DNA of 64,000 nucleotides from an uncultured Verrucomicrobiae bacterium (GTDB lineage Bacteria; Verrucomicrobiota; Verrucomicrobiia; Limisphaerales; JAFGQR01): NCBI GenBank assembly GCA_963788655.1, contig CAWBHS010000072.1, positions 192,001 to 256,000 of the forward strand, read 5' to 3'. Shown piece by piece: positions 54,317 to 64,000 of this stretch (position 1 is its first letter; each line of letters starts with the position of its first letter). The notes under the pieces were generated by a model. It saw only the letters and a program-made list of their open reading frames with translations, ran no database searches and was not told where the DNA came from. The position numbers and the translations under genes were made by a program.

Positions 54317-56788
54317 TTACTTTGTCCGCGTCGCGTCCACTTGCAGGCCTTCCAGCCGCGCGCCGTCGGGCGTAACCAAACGGGCGCAGTATTCCCAGCC
54401 CTGATTGTTTTGGGTGATCTTCAGCAAAAGCGTGTTCCATCCCTCGTGCAGCGAGACCTTCACTTTATCGGAGCCGACCGTCACGGGCCGGGCCGTATTG
54501 TTCGCGTGAACCAACTGACCGTTCAGCCAGACCTTGACGCCGTCGTCGGTGCCCAATTCAAGGCGAGCGGGTTGTTGCTTGTCGGCTCGGATGCTGGTGC
54601 GCACATAAGCCACACATTGTTCGCCGCCCAACGCCTTGAGCAAATCCAACAACCAGGGTTGGGCGGGGTTGGTGCCGGCCGGCAGCGAGCGCCATTCGAC
54701 GTTTCCGGTCGTGGGTGCTTCCGGCGGGAAAACAGTGTCAAACAGCGCGGCGTAGTTCTTTCCATCTTGCCGGTAGGGGCCCGCCACTTGCCAGGCCGTG
54801 ATGAACGAGGCCATGGCCTCGATTTGTTGCAGTTTTGCTTCGGCGGCTTGACGCAGGTCGGAGTTGGACGTCACCGCCAGCACCTTTTTTAGCGCCGTCC
54901 GCGCTAGTTCGGCATGGACACCCAACAGCCCACCGGCAATCTGGATCACCGCCTGGGCCGCTTCGTTCTTGATGTCGGCTTCGTCGAGCAACGGCAGCAC
55001 GAGTTGAAGGGCGGTGGAACTGGTGATCGTGGCGAATCCCGCCAGCACCAAGCGCTTTTCTTCGGGGCGGCTGGACAAGGCCAACATATTTTGAAGCGTG
55101 CTGATCCGTTGTTCTGTGGACAAGCCGGGGTTGGCGGGATTGTTCACCAGGCGAACGCAACCTCGCATGGCTACCGTGCGAAGATTCAAGCTGGCAGTGG
55201 TCTTGGTCACTTGGATCAAGTCCGGCAACAGTTTGGCATCATGGGTGGCAGCCAGTGCCCGAATGGCCTGGTCCCGGAAGTCCGGATTTGCGTCGCCAAC
55301 CGCGCGCCGCAACGCACTGCGGACCTGCGAATCCACCAGCACACTGCACACCGGGAGCAACGCCATGCGCGCTGCCAGCGGGCCGGCAAACAGGCGCTGC
55401 ACAATCGCGTTCACGTCCACGGCGGTTCCCCGTTCCTGGAGGCGCTGACAAACCGTGCCCAGGGCTTCTTGCGCCTGGGTGCGGACGGCTTCGGTTTGGG
55501 CGTCGGAAAGCAATTCCACCAAGGCGTTCACGTGCTCGGCGCCGGACAGCAATGCCAGCGCGCGAAACGAAGCTTTGCTCGCGGAAGCGGAACCGCTCCG
55601 CGCCAGTTCCAGTAATTTGGGCACGGTGGATTTCTCGGCGCGGCCAGCCAACGCTTTGACGACTTCCACCTGCACCGCAGGTTGGGCGGAAGCCAATTGC
55701 CCCACGAGCGCTTCGGTCACTGCGCCACGCCGCACTTCGAGCAACGTCTGTCGCGCGGCGGCTTGCGCTTCGTCGCTTCCTGCAACGGTGGCGTTTGCGA
55801 GTAATTCGACCGCGGATGCATCGCCCAATCGGCCCAGAGCAGTGAGGGCGGCCACGCGCACTGCGGCCTCCTTGCTGCGAGCCAAGGTGAGCACCGCCGG
55901 AGCCGCGGACGGATCACCGCGCTGTTGCAATACCCCAATCAATGCGATTTGCACGCCGGGCGAAACGTTGGGCAACAATTCCACGATCGCCGGAGTGGCA
56001 TCCGGACCTTCAAGCTCGCGAGCCATTTGCAGGGCCGCAGTTTGGATCGCGCCATCCACGCTTTGAATGCCGCTGATCACTAAGGGCAGCGCGCCGTCGC
56101 CCGCCGAACGGATCAGGCCGCGATAAGCGGCAGTGCGAATGCGATCCGGTTCCCGGGCAACGGCCAGTTGTCGGAACACGCCCGCCGCCGCCTCGTGTTG
56201 CTCATCGGCAAGGAGTTGATTGGCACAGCGCAACAAACCGTCCACGATCGCGGCTCGCACCGGCGCCTTCGCACTCGGGAACGCTGCTTGCAGACTTTTA
56301 AGGGCGCCAATCCGGCCCAGCGCGACGGCGGCGGCCATCGCACTCGCGGCTTCGGGATCGCGCAGCAGTTGTTCCAAGGAGGGCACCGCCGCTGTCTCTC
56401 GCCGGAAACCGAGTGAATTAATCAGGCCCACTTGAAGCAGACCTGAAGTCTTGGTAAGCGCCATTATCAACGCCGCGCCCGCTTCCGCTGCGGGCATTGA
56501 TTCCAAGGCATACCGCGCGGAATGGGACAGGTTTTCATCCGTCAACAGCAGCGCGAGCGCGGGCACGGACCGGGCGGTGCCGATGTGTTTCAGCCGGGCG
56601 CAAGCGGCGTCCTTTTGTTGCAGGCTGCTGTTGGATTGCAAGACGCCGATGAGCTGTTGTTCCTCGTTGGTGTCCGCGGCAATGAGCGGGGATTGGAAAC
56701 ACGAGGCTACCAGAACCAGAATCAGCCCAAGGGTGAGTGCTCCACGTTGTTCCGTGTATCGGTTGCTGAAATTGAAGGATGCTTTCAT
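54317..56788 (-). CDS. Secreted HEAT/PBS-lyase repeat protein with C-terminal beta-sandwich (PA14-like) domain
   Basis: Signal-like segment; KDAACARLKHIGTARSVPALALLL...SARYALE; many HEAT repeats; WQVAGPY...GTDDGVKVWLNG...GWNTLLLKI. Confidence 0.82.
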   Translation of the reverse strand: MKASFNFSNRYTEQRGALTLGLILVLVASCFQSPLIAADTNEEQQLIGVLQSNSSLQQKDAACARLKHIGTARSVPALALLLTDENLSHSARYALESMPAAEAGAALIMALTKTSGLLQVGLINSLGFRRETAAVPSLEQLLRDPEAASAMAAAVALGRIGALKSLQAAFPSAKAPVRAAIVDGLLRCANQLLADEQHEAAAGVFRQLAVAREPDRIRTAAYRGLIRSAGDGALPLVISGIQSVDGAIQTAALQMARELEGPDATPAIVELLPNVSPGVQIALIGVLQQRGDPSAAPAVLTLARSKEAAVRVAALTALGRLGDASAVELLANATVAGSDEAQAAARQTLLEVRRGAVTEALVGQLASAQPAVQVEVVKALAGRAEKSTVPKLLELARSGSASASKASFRALALLSGAEHVNALVELLSDAQTEAVRTQAQEALGTVCQRLQERGTAVDVNAIVQRLFAGPLAARMALLPVCSVLVDSQVRSALRRAVGDANPDFRDQAIRALAATHDAKLLPDLIQVTKTTASLNLRTVAMRGCVRLVNNPANPGLSTEQRISTLQNMLALSSRPEEKRLVLAGFATITSSTALQLVLPLLDEADIKNEAAQAVIQIAGGLLGVHAELARTALKKVLAVTSNSDLRQAAEAKLQQIEAMASFITAWQVAGPYRQDGKNYAALFDTVFPPEAPTTGNVEWRSLPAGTNPAQPWLLDLLKALGGEQCVAYVRTSIRADKQQPARLELGTDDGVKVWLNGQLVHANNTARPVTVGSDKVKVSLHEGWNTLLLKITQNNQGWEYCARLVTPDGARLEGLQVDATRTK

Positions 56789-56838
56789 TCTTGAATCGCT
56801 TTCGTTGAATGGTCGGAAAAATGTTTTGCGATAGGCCG

Positions 56839-58152
56839 TCAGGTGCGCCACGGGGGACGCTTGGCAATCGACAACATCCGGTTGGCTTCGTCGTCGTTGA
56901 CGAACTCTTCACGTTCCGGGTTCCACCGCAGCGGACGCTGCAATTGTTTCTCGATACCGCCCAGCAACAAGGCGCTCACCGCGCGTTGGGCGATGTCCAC
57001 GTCGCAGATCGTTTTCTTCCGGGTGCGGATGCACTCCAGGAAGTTGCCCGAATGGCTGTTGCAGTGGTACAGATGCACCTCGTCCGGGCGCAATGGTTCG
57101 CGGACGATTTCCGGCGGATCGGAAACCAGCGCGCCGCGGTCCACCGCGATGCGGCCTTCAGTGCCCACAAAGCAAGCGCCGCCCTCGCCGCCGGTGCGTT
57201 CACCGGGGTAACCGAAGCCGAACACGACCACGCCGCTGGCGTATTTGTAGCACGTCCGGCCTTGTTCCATGAATAGTTCCACCGGCCCGGTCTGGTCGGC
57301 GTCGGCGGCCCATTGCACAATGTCATAATGGTGCTGGCCCCAATTGAGTTCGCCGATGTCGAAGCGATGCGGGCCAGTGTTGCCATCGTAGGGAATCAAG
57401 GGCGCCGGGCCCAGGTAGAGATCCCAATCCAAACCCTCGGGAACCGGTTTGCCCGCGCCGAAACGAGTGGGCCAGTCGATGGCCCCGCCGTCGCGATAGG
57501 CGTAAATCTCCTTCAACCGGCCAATGCGGCCACTGCGGACAAATTCGCACGCGCGTCGGAACTTGCCGTTATACTCGCTGCGTTGCTGAGTGCCGGCTTG
57601 ATACACGCGTCCGTAACGCCGCACTGCCGCCAGCACGTCCTGGCTTTCGCGGATGGTTCCGGCGGTGGGTTTCTCGCAGTATATGTCCTTGCCCGCTTGC
57701 GCCGCCATCACGGCCATGGTCGCGTGCCAGTGGGCTGGCGTGGCAATGAGCACGGCCTCAATGTCGTCACGATCCAGCACATGGCGAAAATCGGTGTAAG
57801 CAGTGCAGGGCCGGTATTGGCCTGGGCCGTAGGTCTGCGCGTAATACTGATTGACCGGTTGCTGCGCGCGTTCGCGGCGATCCCGCCAAGTGTCGCAAAC
57901 GGCCAGCACCTGTACGTCCTTCCGGGCGGTGTAGCCGCCGGTCAAATACGTCCACGCGCCGCCCAGCAGATGGCCGGTGCCCTGGCTACCCACCCCGATG
58001 AAGCCCATGGTGATGCGCTCACTGGGAGCCATTGCCCCGCCGCGTCCCAAGGCGGAAGCGGGAATCAGAGTTGGGGCCGCCAACAGGGCGCTCAACGCGC
58101 CGACGTTGCGCCGCAAGAATTGGCGTCGCGAAATGGAGCTATCTCGATTCAT
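56839..58152 (-). CDS. Tat-exported Gfo/Idh/MocA oxidoreductase
   Basis: SRRQFLR; GFIGVGSQG, IATPAHWH, GKDIYCEKP, GTQQRS, LDWDLYLGPAP. Confidence 0.9.
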   Translation of the reverse strand: MNRDSSISRRQFLRRNVGALSALLAAPTLIPASALGRGGAMAPSERITMGFIGVGSQGTGHLLGGAWTYLTGGYTARKDVQVLAVCDTWRDRRERAQQPVNQYYAQTYGPGQYRPCTAYTDFRHVLDRDDIEAVLIATPAHWHATMAVMAAQAGKDIYCEKPTAGTIRESQDVLAAVRRYGRVYQAGTQQRSEYNGKFRRACEFVRSGRIGRLKEIYAYRDGGAIDWPTRFGAGKPVPEGLDWDLYLGPAPLIPYDGNTGPHRFDIGELNWGQHHYDIVQWAADADQTGPVELFMEQGRTCYKYASGVVVFGFGYPGERTGGEGGACFVGTEGRIAVDRGALVSDPPEIVREPLRPDEVHLYHCNSHSGNFLECIRTRKKTICDVDIAQRAVSALLLGGIEKQLQRPLRWNPEREEFVNDDEANRMLSIAKRPPWRT

Positions 58153-58212
58153 AAACAGGATTCGATGAGTTGTACGATTAGTGAGTCTGGACGGTTGTCC
58201 TGGCGGTGTCAT

Positions 58213-59538
58213 TCATTTTTCTACCTGGACGGCGGGTGGATCGCCTGAAGCGTTGGCCCGCCGTGTCTGCGTGCGGCCCAGGGCAATGGCCAGGGATATC
58301 CAGATCGTCGCCAACAGAAAAACCGCCGACGCCATGGGGATCAATCCCGGCCCCAGGTTTGCCAGCGACCGTTCAATTTGCGCGCCGCAGGCATCGCCGG
58401 AACGAAAACCGAACGTATCGAGAAAGGACTTGGCTTTGTATTTCTCTTCGCGCTCCACCACGGTGAACAACGTTTCGCGCGCCGGGCGGGCGATGCCCTG
58501 TTGGGCCGCGCGAAAGAACGCGTTGACCAGGGTGAACATGTTCAGGGTTGGCCATACCATCAGTCCGGCAGTGCCACCCACCGCCAGGATGGGCAACATG
58601 GACAACGTGACGCCCACGCCGGCCCACCGAATGATCCGGGCCGCGAGGAACGCTTGGACGAGCAGCGTGACCACTTGGCGCCAGATGTTGATATTGGCAA
58701 ACAACGAGGTGCGGTGGTCCAACGAATTGCTGGCCGCGGCGACGAGGCGGAGACCGGTGAAATAAAGAAACGTCGAAACCACACCGGCAATCACGATGAA
58801 CATCCCAATGCCCAGGATGTACGGTGAGCGGGCGACGGCGGTAATGCCGGCCAGCGAGTGCCCGCCTATCGGCCGCCGGTCCGGCAGGTCGGCAGCGCAT
58901 CGGCTTCGACGGTGGGCGATCATGGCCGCCAGCCAGACGGCCACTTCGAGCAGAGCGACGGCAACGATGAACAGCGACGCGACGCCCAACCGGTCGGACA
59001 AATCCCACGAGATCAACGAACCGAAAATGGCCCCGAGCGTACCGCCAATGGCAATGGCCGGGAAGAGTCGCTTGCTTTCCGTCAGACTGAACAGGTCGGC
59101 CATGAACGCCCAAAACAGGGAGACCACAAACAGATTGAAGACCGAATGATAGACGTAATAAACCGAAGCGACGTGCATCCGGATGCTGGCTGGAAACAAG
59201 GTCAAACCCGCGCAAAATCCGAGCAAAATGACCGCGCATATCCGAAAGGAAACGGTCAGTAGTTTGTCCCGGCGCACGCGTGAAACCAGCCAGCCGAACA
59301 AGGGCGCCAACAGCAGCGTGGAGCCGAGGGTAATCAGAAACAGCCCGCGGACCTTTTCAATGCCTTGCGCCAAGCCCAATGCTTCGCGCAACGGACGGAG
59401 GATCATGATCACCGTGAGCAGGACAAAGAACAGCAGGCCGGCCCCCAATACTTCGCGGCCTTCGCCCGGACGGATTTCGGTGCTGCCCGAAAGCAGCCGA
59501 TTGATCCCGCGGCTGAAGGATTCAGATGAAAAAGCCAC
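58213..59538 (-). CDS. NTP/NDP exchange (TLC/NTT-family) MFS transporter
   Basis: IRPGE, ILRPLREA, FNLFVVSLFWAFMADLF, KRLFPAI, RPARETLFT, KYKAKSFLDT; ~12 hydrophobic segments. Confidence 0.85.
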   Translation of the reverse strand: MAFSSESFSRGINRLLSGSTEIRPGEGREVLGAGLLFFVLLTVIMILRPLREALGLAQGIEKVRGLFLITLGSTLLLAPLFGWLVSRVRRDKLLTVSFRICAVILLGFCAGLTLFPASIRMHVASVYYVYHSVFNLFVVSLFWAFMADLFSLTESKRLFPAIAIGGTLGAIFGSLISWDLSDRLGVASLFIVAVALLEVAVWLAAMIAHRRSRCAADLPDRRPIGGHSLAGITAVARSPYILGIGMFIVIAGVVSTFLYFTGLRLVAAASNSLDHRTSLFANINIWRQVVTLLVQAFLAARIIRWAGVGVTLSMLPILAVGGTAGLMVWPTLNMFTLVNAFFRAAQQGIARPARETLFTVVEREEKYKAKSFLDTFGFRSGDACGAQIERSLANLGPGLIPMASAVFLLATIWISLAIALGRTQTRRANASGDPPAVQVEK

Positions 59539-60006
59539 GCTGGTTACTGGGAGGTTGGCCGTTCGCGTTGCTGCCGGTGTTGTTCACGCCCGAGAAGATA
59601 GCAAGTTTGTTCGTTCCGCCCAATGGATAATGCGACTGGTCAGTATGAGCCCGGCCGCCGTCAATCCAAGAGCGGGGGAAATCGAGTCGTGAAAGCGTTA
59701 ACGGGTTGAAGCGTTGAAGCGGTGGAAGAATTCGGGGCCACTGGCGAACAGTTTCCCCGTTCCAGCGTGTTTCAGGAACGCGTAACCGTAAACCAAGTGG
59801 CGCGGTGAAACCCTGCTCCGGGCGCATGCAAACCAATCACTTTTGGGTGGTCAGTGGGACGCTGCCAATCGTGCCGTGTTTTCCTTTAAAATCAGCCGCG
59901 TTCTCACGAACGCAGCCACAGTCTCTGCTGGTCACTCCCAACAGCTTGGCCTTGCTTTGGACGACATCAACGCCGTAAATGGGACTTCAATCGACTCGAC
60001 GAATTT

Positions 60007-62718
60007 ATGAAGGCCAAATTGTTCACCATGGTCTGGTTTGCCGTGACCGCGTCGTTGGGCGCGGCTACTCCGGTATTGCAGGTAATGCGAAGCGCGGCAG
60101 GCGGAGCGTCCCTGCTGCGGAACGGTAACTTCAAACAAGCCCGCGACGGTCAGGCACTGGAATGGCGGGCCGCGCCCCAAGGTTATCAAGTGGCGCCGAA
60201 CGAGGGCAGGGGAGGGTCGCAGGCGTTACGGTGTCAGACTGCGTCCGCGGACGGTTGGGCGGGCGCGAGCCAAACCCTGACGTTAAACCGCCGCGAAGTG
60301 GCCCCGTTGATCGTGCGCGGTTGGAGCAAGGCCGCCAACGTGAGCGGCGGCACGGACAGCGGATATTCGCTCTACGTGGACATCGTCTATGCGGACGGCA
60401 CCCCGCTCTGGGGCCAGACCGGCAATTTCCATTGCGGCACCCACGACTGGGAGCCGCGGGAGTTCGTTATTCTTCCGGACCAGCCGGTGAAATCGCTGAC
60501 GCTGCACTGCATCTTTCGCGGGCACGCGGGCCAGGTGTGGTTCGACGATGTGTCCGTGCAGGAAGTCACGGCGGAAGGCGGAGCGGTTTTGTTTCAAGGC
60601 GTGCCCATGACGGCGCAATCGGTGAAAGCTTTGGCAGCAAATGCGAATTCGCCCGAAGCTGCCACGACCGTCGAGAATGAGCCACGCAAACCGGCCAACT
60701 CATCCACACTCACCACTCAGGACGGTTTGCAACTGGCGCTGCACGATCAGGCCGTTGTGGGGTTTGCAGCGGCGGACCTCAAATCGCCCTCGAACTCGCC
60801 CATCGGATTCCTGGCCCGCGACGTGGCGGCTAATTCCGACGTGTTTGCTTTCGAAAACGGCACGTGCGCTGAGTTGGGGTTAAGAATCGAGGCCCGGTTC
60901 ACTGCTCACTCCAATCATATCGAAGTGCTAGGCCGCGTTACGGACCTGACTGGCAAGGACCGCGCAGTGACGTTGCTGTTTGGCTTGCCGGTGGACGCCA
61001 CGGGATGGCATTGGGGCGATGACATTCGCCGCGAACGAACCATTCGTGGCAAGGGCGAATTCGTCAATCAAGTGGCGGTTCGCTGCGGCGCGACGGGCAC
61101 GATGTCGCTCTATCCCGTGGGCGCGATTTGGAACGATACGACCGGTTTGGCCCTGGCGCTCGACCTGGCGCAGCCGGCCCAATATCGAGTCGGCTATCAC
61201 GCCGGATTGAAACTGCTCTTCCTCGCTTACGATTTTGGTTTGGTAAAGGACACGGAACGTTTTCCGAGCAGCGCAGACTTCCGTTTTGTCATTTACCGCT
61301 TCGCACCGCCGTGGGGATTTCGGGCGGCGTGGCAGAAGTATATGGAGATTTTCCCCGCGCAGTTCGAGGTGCGCTCGAAGGCGCAGGGCATCTGGATGCC
61401 GTTCACCGACGTGAGCAAGGTTGCGGACTGGCAGGACTTTGGCTTTAGGTATCACGAGGGCAATAACAACGTGTCCTGGGATGACCAACATGGCGTGCTG
61501 AGTTTTCGCTACACCGAGCCCATGACGTGGTGGATGCGGATGAAGAAGGGCATTCCCCGCACGATGTCGGAGGCGCTGAAGGCGCGCGACGAATTGGCCA
61601 ACGGCTACAATGACCACCAGCGTCAAATGGCCCGCGTAGCGCAAGTGGCCGGAATGTTCGATGAAACCAGCCAACCGGCGCTCCAATTTCGCGATACGCC
61701 GTGGTGCGATGGTGCGGTGTGGAGTTTGAATCCGAATCCATATCTTGGCTCCCGACTGCTCGAGGAAAGTTTTCCGCTTGCCTCGCTTCCGCCAAAGACC
61801 TCCTCGGGGCTCACCAACGCCGCCACGGTGTATTGGAACGATTCGATCAAACAGGCGCTGTATGGTCCCAAGGCCAAAGGCAAGCTGGACGGAGAATACC
61901 TGGATTCGCTGGAGGGGTATGTGACGGCGGACCTGAATTTCCGGCGGGAACATTTTCGTTCGACCACGGTGCCCCTGACGTTCAGCGCGGAAACCAAACA
62001 ACCGGCCTTGTTCAAAGGATTGGCGGTGTTTGAATTCACCCGCTGGATGGCGAACGACGTGCATGGCTTGGGCAAGCTGATGTTTGCCAACGGCGTTCCG
62101 TATCGGTTCACGTTCCTGTGTCCGTGCCTCGACGTGATGGGCACCGAAACCGATTGGTTACGAGCCGGCAAATATCAGCCGGCGGACTTGGCGCGGATGG
62201 ATCTTTGGCGCACAATGTCCGGCCAGAAGCCGTATTTGCTGCTAATGAACACGGATTACGATGCGTTCACGACGGATCGGGTGGAGAAGTATTTTCAGCG
62301 AAGTCTGTTTTACGGAATGTGGCCCAGCATGTTTAGTCATAATGCGGCGGAGAATCCCTATTGGCAGAACCCCAAGTGGTACAATCGCGACCGCGCGTTG
62401 TTCAAAAAATACATTCCGATCATCCGCCAGGTGGCGGAAGCAGGCTGGCAACCGGTCACGCAAGCGGCTTCGGACAACGTACATATTTCGGTCGAACGCT
62501 TTGGTCCGGATGATCACGCCAATTTGTTCTTTACGGCGTTCAATGACACGGCCAAAATACAAACTGGAGTCCTGCGTCCACGCTACCAGGAACTCGCTTT
62601 CGATCCGTCCGCTCACGCCGTCGAGTTGTTGTCCGGCCAACCGCCCAAGTCCGCCGAGCAAGGCTGGCAGATTCGATTGTCACCGCAAGAAGTGGCCGTC
62701 ATCCGGTTGAGCAAATGA
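60007..62718 (+). CDS. Secreted protein with N-terminal CBM-like domain and putative glycoside-hydrolase-like catalytic domain
   Basis: Signal peptide; LLRNGNF...GTHDW...GQVWFDDVSV (CBM4/9-like); FRYHEG, YTEPMTWW, DGEYLDSLEG, MFANG, GTETDW. Confidence 0.65.
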   Translation: MKAKLFTMVWFAVTASLGAATPVLQVMRSAAGGASLLRNGNFKQARDGQALEWRAAPQGYQVAPNEGRGGSQALRCQTASADGWAGASQTLTLNRREVAPLIVRGWSKAANVSGGTDSGYSLYVDIVYADGTPLWGQTGNFHCGTHDWEPREFVILPDQPVKSLTLHCIFRGHAGQVWFDDVSVQEVTAEGGAVLFQGVPMTAQSVKALAANANSPEAATTVENEPRKPANSSTLTTQDGLQLALHDQAVVGFAAADLKSPSNSPIGFLARDVAANSDVFAFENGTCAELGLRIEARFTAHSNHIEVLGRVTDLTGKDRAVTLLFGLPVDATGWHWGDDIRRERTIRGKGEFVNQVAVRCGATGTMSLYPVGAIWNDTTGLALALDLAQPAQYRVGYHAGLKLLFLAYDFGLVKDTERFPSSADFRFVIYRFAPPWGFRAAWQKYMEIFPAQFEVRSKAQGIWMPFTDVSKVADWQDFGFRYHEGNNNVSWDDQHGVLSFRYTEPMTWWMRMKKGIPRTMSEALKARDELANGYNDHQRQMARVAQVAGMFDETSQPALQFRDTPWCDGAVWSLNPNPYLGSRLLEESFPLASLPPKTSSGLTNAATVYWNDSIKQALYGPKAKGKLDGEYLDSLEGYVTADLNFRREHFRSTTVPLTFSAETKQPALFKGLAVFEFTRWMANDVHGLGKLMFANGVPYRFTFLCPCLDVMGTETDWLRAGKYQPADLARMDLWRTMSGQKPYLLLMNTDYDAFTTDRVEKYFQRSLFYGMWPSMFSHNAAENPYWQNPKWYNRDRALFKKYIPIIRQVAEAGWQPVTQAASDNVHISVERFGPDDHANLFFTAFNDTAKIQTGVLRPRYQELAFDPSAHAVELLSGQPPKSAEQGWQIRLSPQEVAVIRLSK

Positions 62719-62841
62719 TTGATCGCCGAAGGTTTTTCCATCTTGCCGGGACCGCCGTGAGATCTCGCGGACATAACTCTCCACAAAGGGCAGGATTGTC
62801 TTGGAGCCTTCCTCGAACCAACTCTATATGCCGCGGCTACC

Positions 62842-63100
62842 TGAACCGTAGCGGCGTCTCGGTAGAGCGCCGCCATCTTGGACCAAGTAAGTTTGCGGCG
62901 CTCTACCGAGATGCCGCTACGAGGTTCAAACTGGCGCGCATTTCGTCGTCGGGGAGCGCACCCGCCTCGGGTGCTGCCAACCGGCGCCCTCGCCGGTTGG
63001 CTCCGCGACATGCCAGCCACTGGATTGTTGATTTGCTGTACTTGCGCGAAGAGTGGTTGGCGAGGCGCCAACCACAGCGCCCGAGGCGGGCGCGCTCCCC
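62842..63100. repeat. Two adjacent REP-like palindromes
   Basis: cgtagcggcgtctcggtagagcgccgc...gcggcgctctaccgagatgccgctacg (62842-62928) and ggggagcgcacccgcctcgggtgctg...cagcgcccgaggcgggcgcgctcccc (62951-63100). Confidence 0.82.
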
Positions 63101-63110
63101 ATCCAAACGG

Positions 63111-64000
63111 CTGCCCTTTTCAATCACACTTTCAGCAAGGCGAACCCGCCGCGGTGTCTGCGCATTGTTCAGTCTGTTGGTCGTTCTATTGGTGACGCAA
63201 ACTACCCTTGCTGCGACTGCACCGATTGCCCTGGTGCGCGGGACGTTCACCGCCAAGAAGCTCCCGGCCGAAGCCAACGGTGTGACCATCTATACTCAGA
63301 CCGTGAAGGACTGCCTGACCCAATCGCGCGTGCGCTTCGACGAGTTGGACGATCACGATGTCGTGGCCGGAAAATTGCGCGGCTATCGCGTGGCGATCCT
63401 GCCTTACAACGCCGTGATGCTATCGGAGGAAGAAACGGAACTCCTTCAATTCCTCGACAACGGCGGCAAGTTGATTGCCTTCTACACGTTGACGCCGAAA
63501 CTGCGCGAGCGGTTTGGGATCCGCTTCGAGCGCCTGCAAGCGGCGGATGCGTCCACGCGATTTTCCATCATCAAATTCAAGCCGGACTTGATCACCGGCC
63601 TCCCGGAAACGGTGCGGCAAGGTTCCTGGAACATTCACGTGGTCAAAATAACTTCACCCCGTACCCGGGTGCTGGCCGAATGGCTGGATGCCGGCGGTCG
63701 GCACACCGGTTGCCCAGCCTGGATCCTGGCGCCATGCGGGGCGTGGATGTCGCACGTGCTGCTGCCGCGCGCCAATGCGGAGAAACGGCAAATGTTGTTG
63801 GCGTTGATCGGACATTACCTGCCGGAAGTCTGGGACAAACCGGCCCTGACCGCCTTGTCGCATATCGGGCGAATCGGCGGTCACCATCGTGTCGAAGAAT
63901 TGGCGGACTCCATCGAGCAATCCTCCATATCCTATTCCGCGCGTCGGCGAGCGCGGCAAGCGGTCAAACAGGCGCTCGCTTACCAAGACGACGCCTTCAA
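63111..64000 (+). CDS. Partial secreted protein with class-I GATase-like domain (possibly the N-terminus of a GHL10-type glycoside hydrolase)
   Basis: Not in the track; the frame is open to the window edge: ...LFSLLVVLLVTQTTLAA...KLRGYRVAILPYN...FLDNGGKLIAFY...VRQGSWNI...GAWMSHVLL. No nearby ATG, so the start is uncertain. Confidence 0.65.
   Translation, partial: MPFSITLSARRTRRGVCALFSLLVVLLVTQTTLAATAPIALVRGTFTAKKLPAEANGVTIYTQTVKDCLTQSRVRFDELDDHDVVAGKLRGYRVAILPYNAVMLSEEETELLQFLDNGGKLIAFYTLTPKLRERFGIRFERLQAADASTRFSIIKFKPDLITGLPETVRQGSWNIHVVKITSPRTRVLAEWLDAGGRHTGCPAWILAPCGAWMSHVLLPRANAEKRQMLLALIGHYLPEVWDKPALTALSHIGRIGGHHRVEELADSIEQSSISYSARRRARQAVKQALAYQDDAF

Noticed and set aside
58213..59538. 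NTT transporter as evidence of an intracellular energy-parasite lifestyle
   Set aside because: The window is rich in biosynthetic and polysaccharide-degrading genes, and NTT homologues occur in free-living bacteria.

Overview
64 kb of ~60% GC bacterial chromosome, probably from a Verrucomicrobiota (Pedosphaera/Limisphaera-like) genome. That assignment is inferred from gene content (dapL, Tat Gfo/Idh/MocA + HEAT pairs, many secreted CAZyme-like proteins) and from the style of the intergenic palindromes. The left end carries a minus-strand run of NarX-like kinase, NarL-like regulator and stand-alone receiver. It leads into three tightly spaced, uncharacterised exported proteins: 383 aa, 645 aa and a giant >1056 aa ORF that runs off the window and is absent from the ORF track. 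This cluster is the best candidate for an undescribed system. The rest is housekeeping (AlkD-like, trpG/pabA, S46 peptidase, aat, ispD, mutT, ugd, dapL, pncB, OCD family), signalling (hybrid kinase, FHA-cyclase), carbohydrate-active enzymes, alpha-2-macroglobulin + pbpC and an NTT-family transporter. About nine families of REP-like palindromes fill the intergenic DNA. Repeats have also entered coding sequence in frame: a 273-bp MITE with a TTA target duplication just after the alpha-2-macroglobulin start codon, and three repeat-derived segments in pbpC. Single-base frameshifts in trpG, a TPR gene, dapL, a GH27 gene and alpha-2-macroglobulin look like long-read indel errors. No rRNA, tRNA, CRISPR array or transposase gene was seen.
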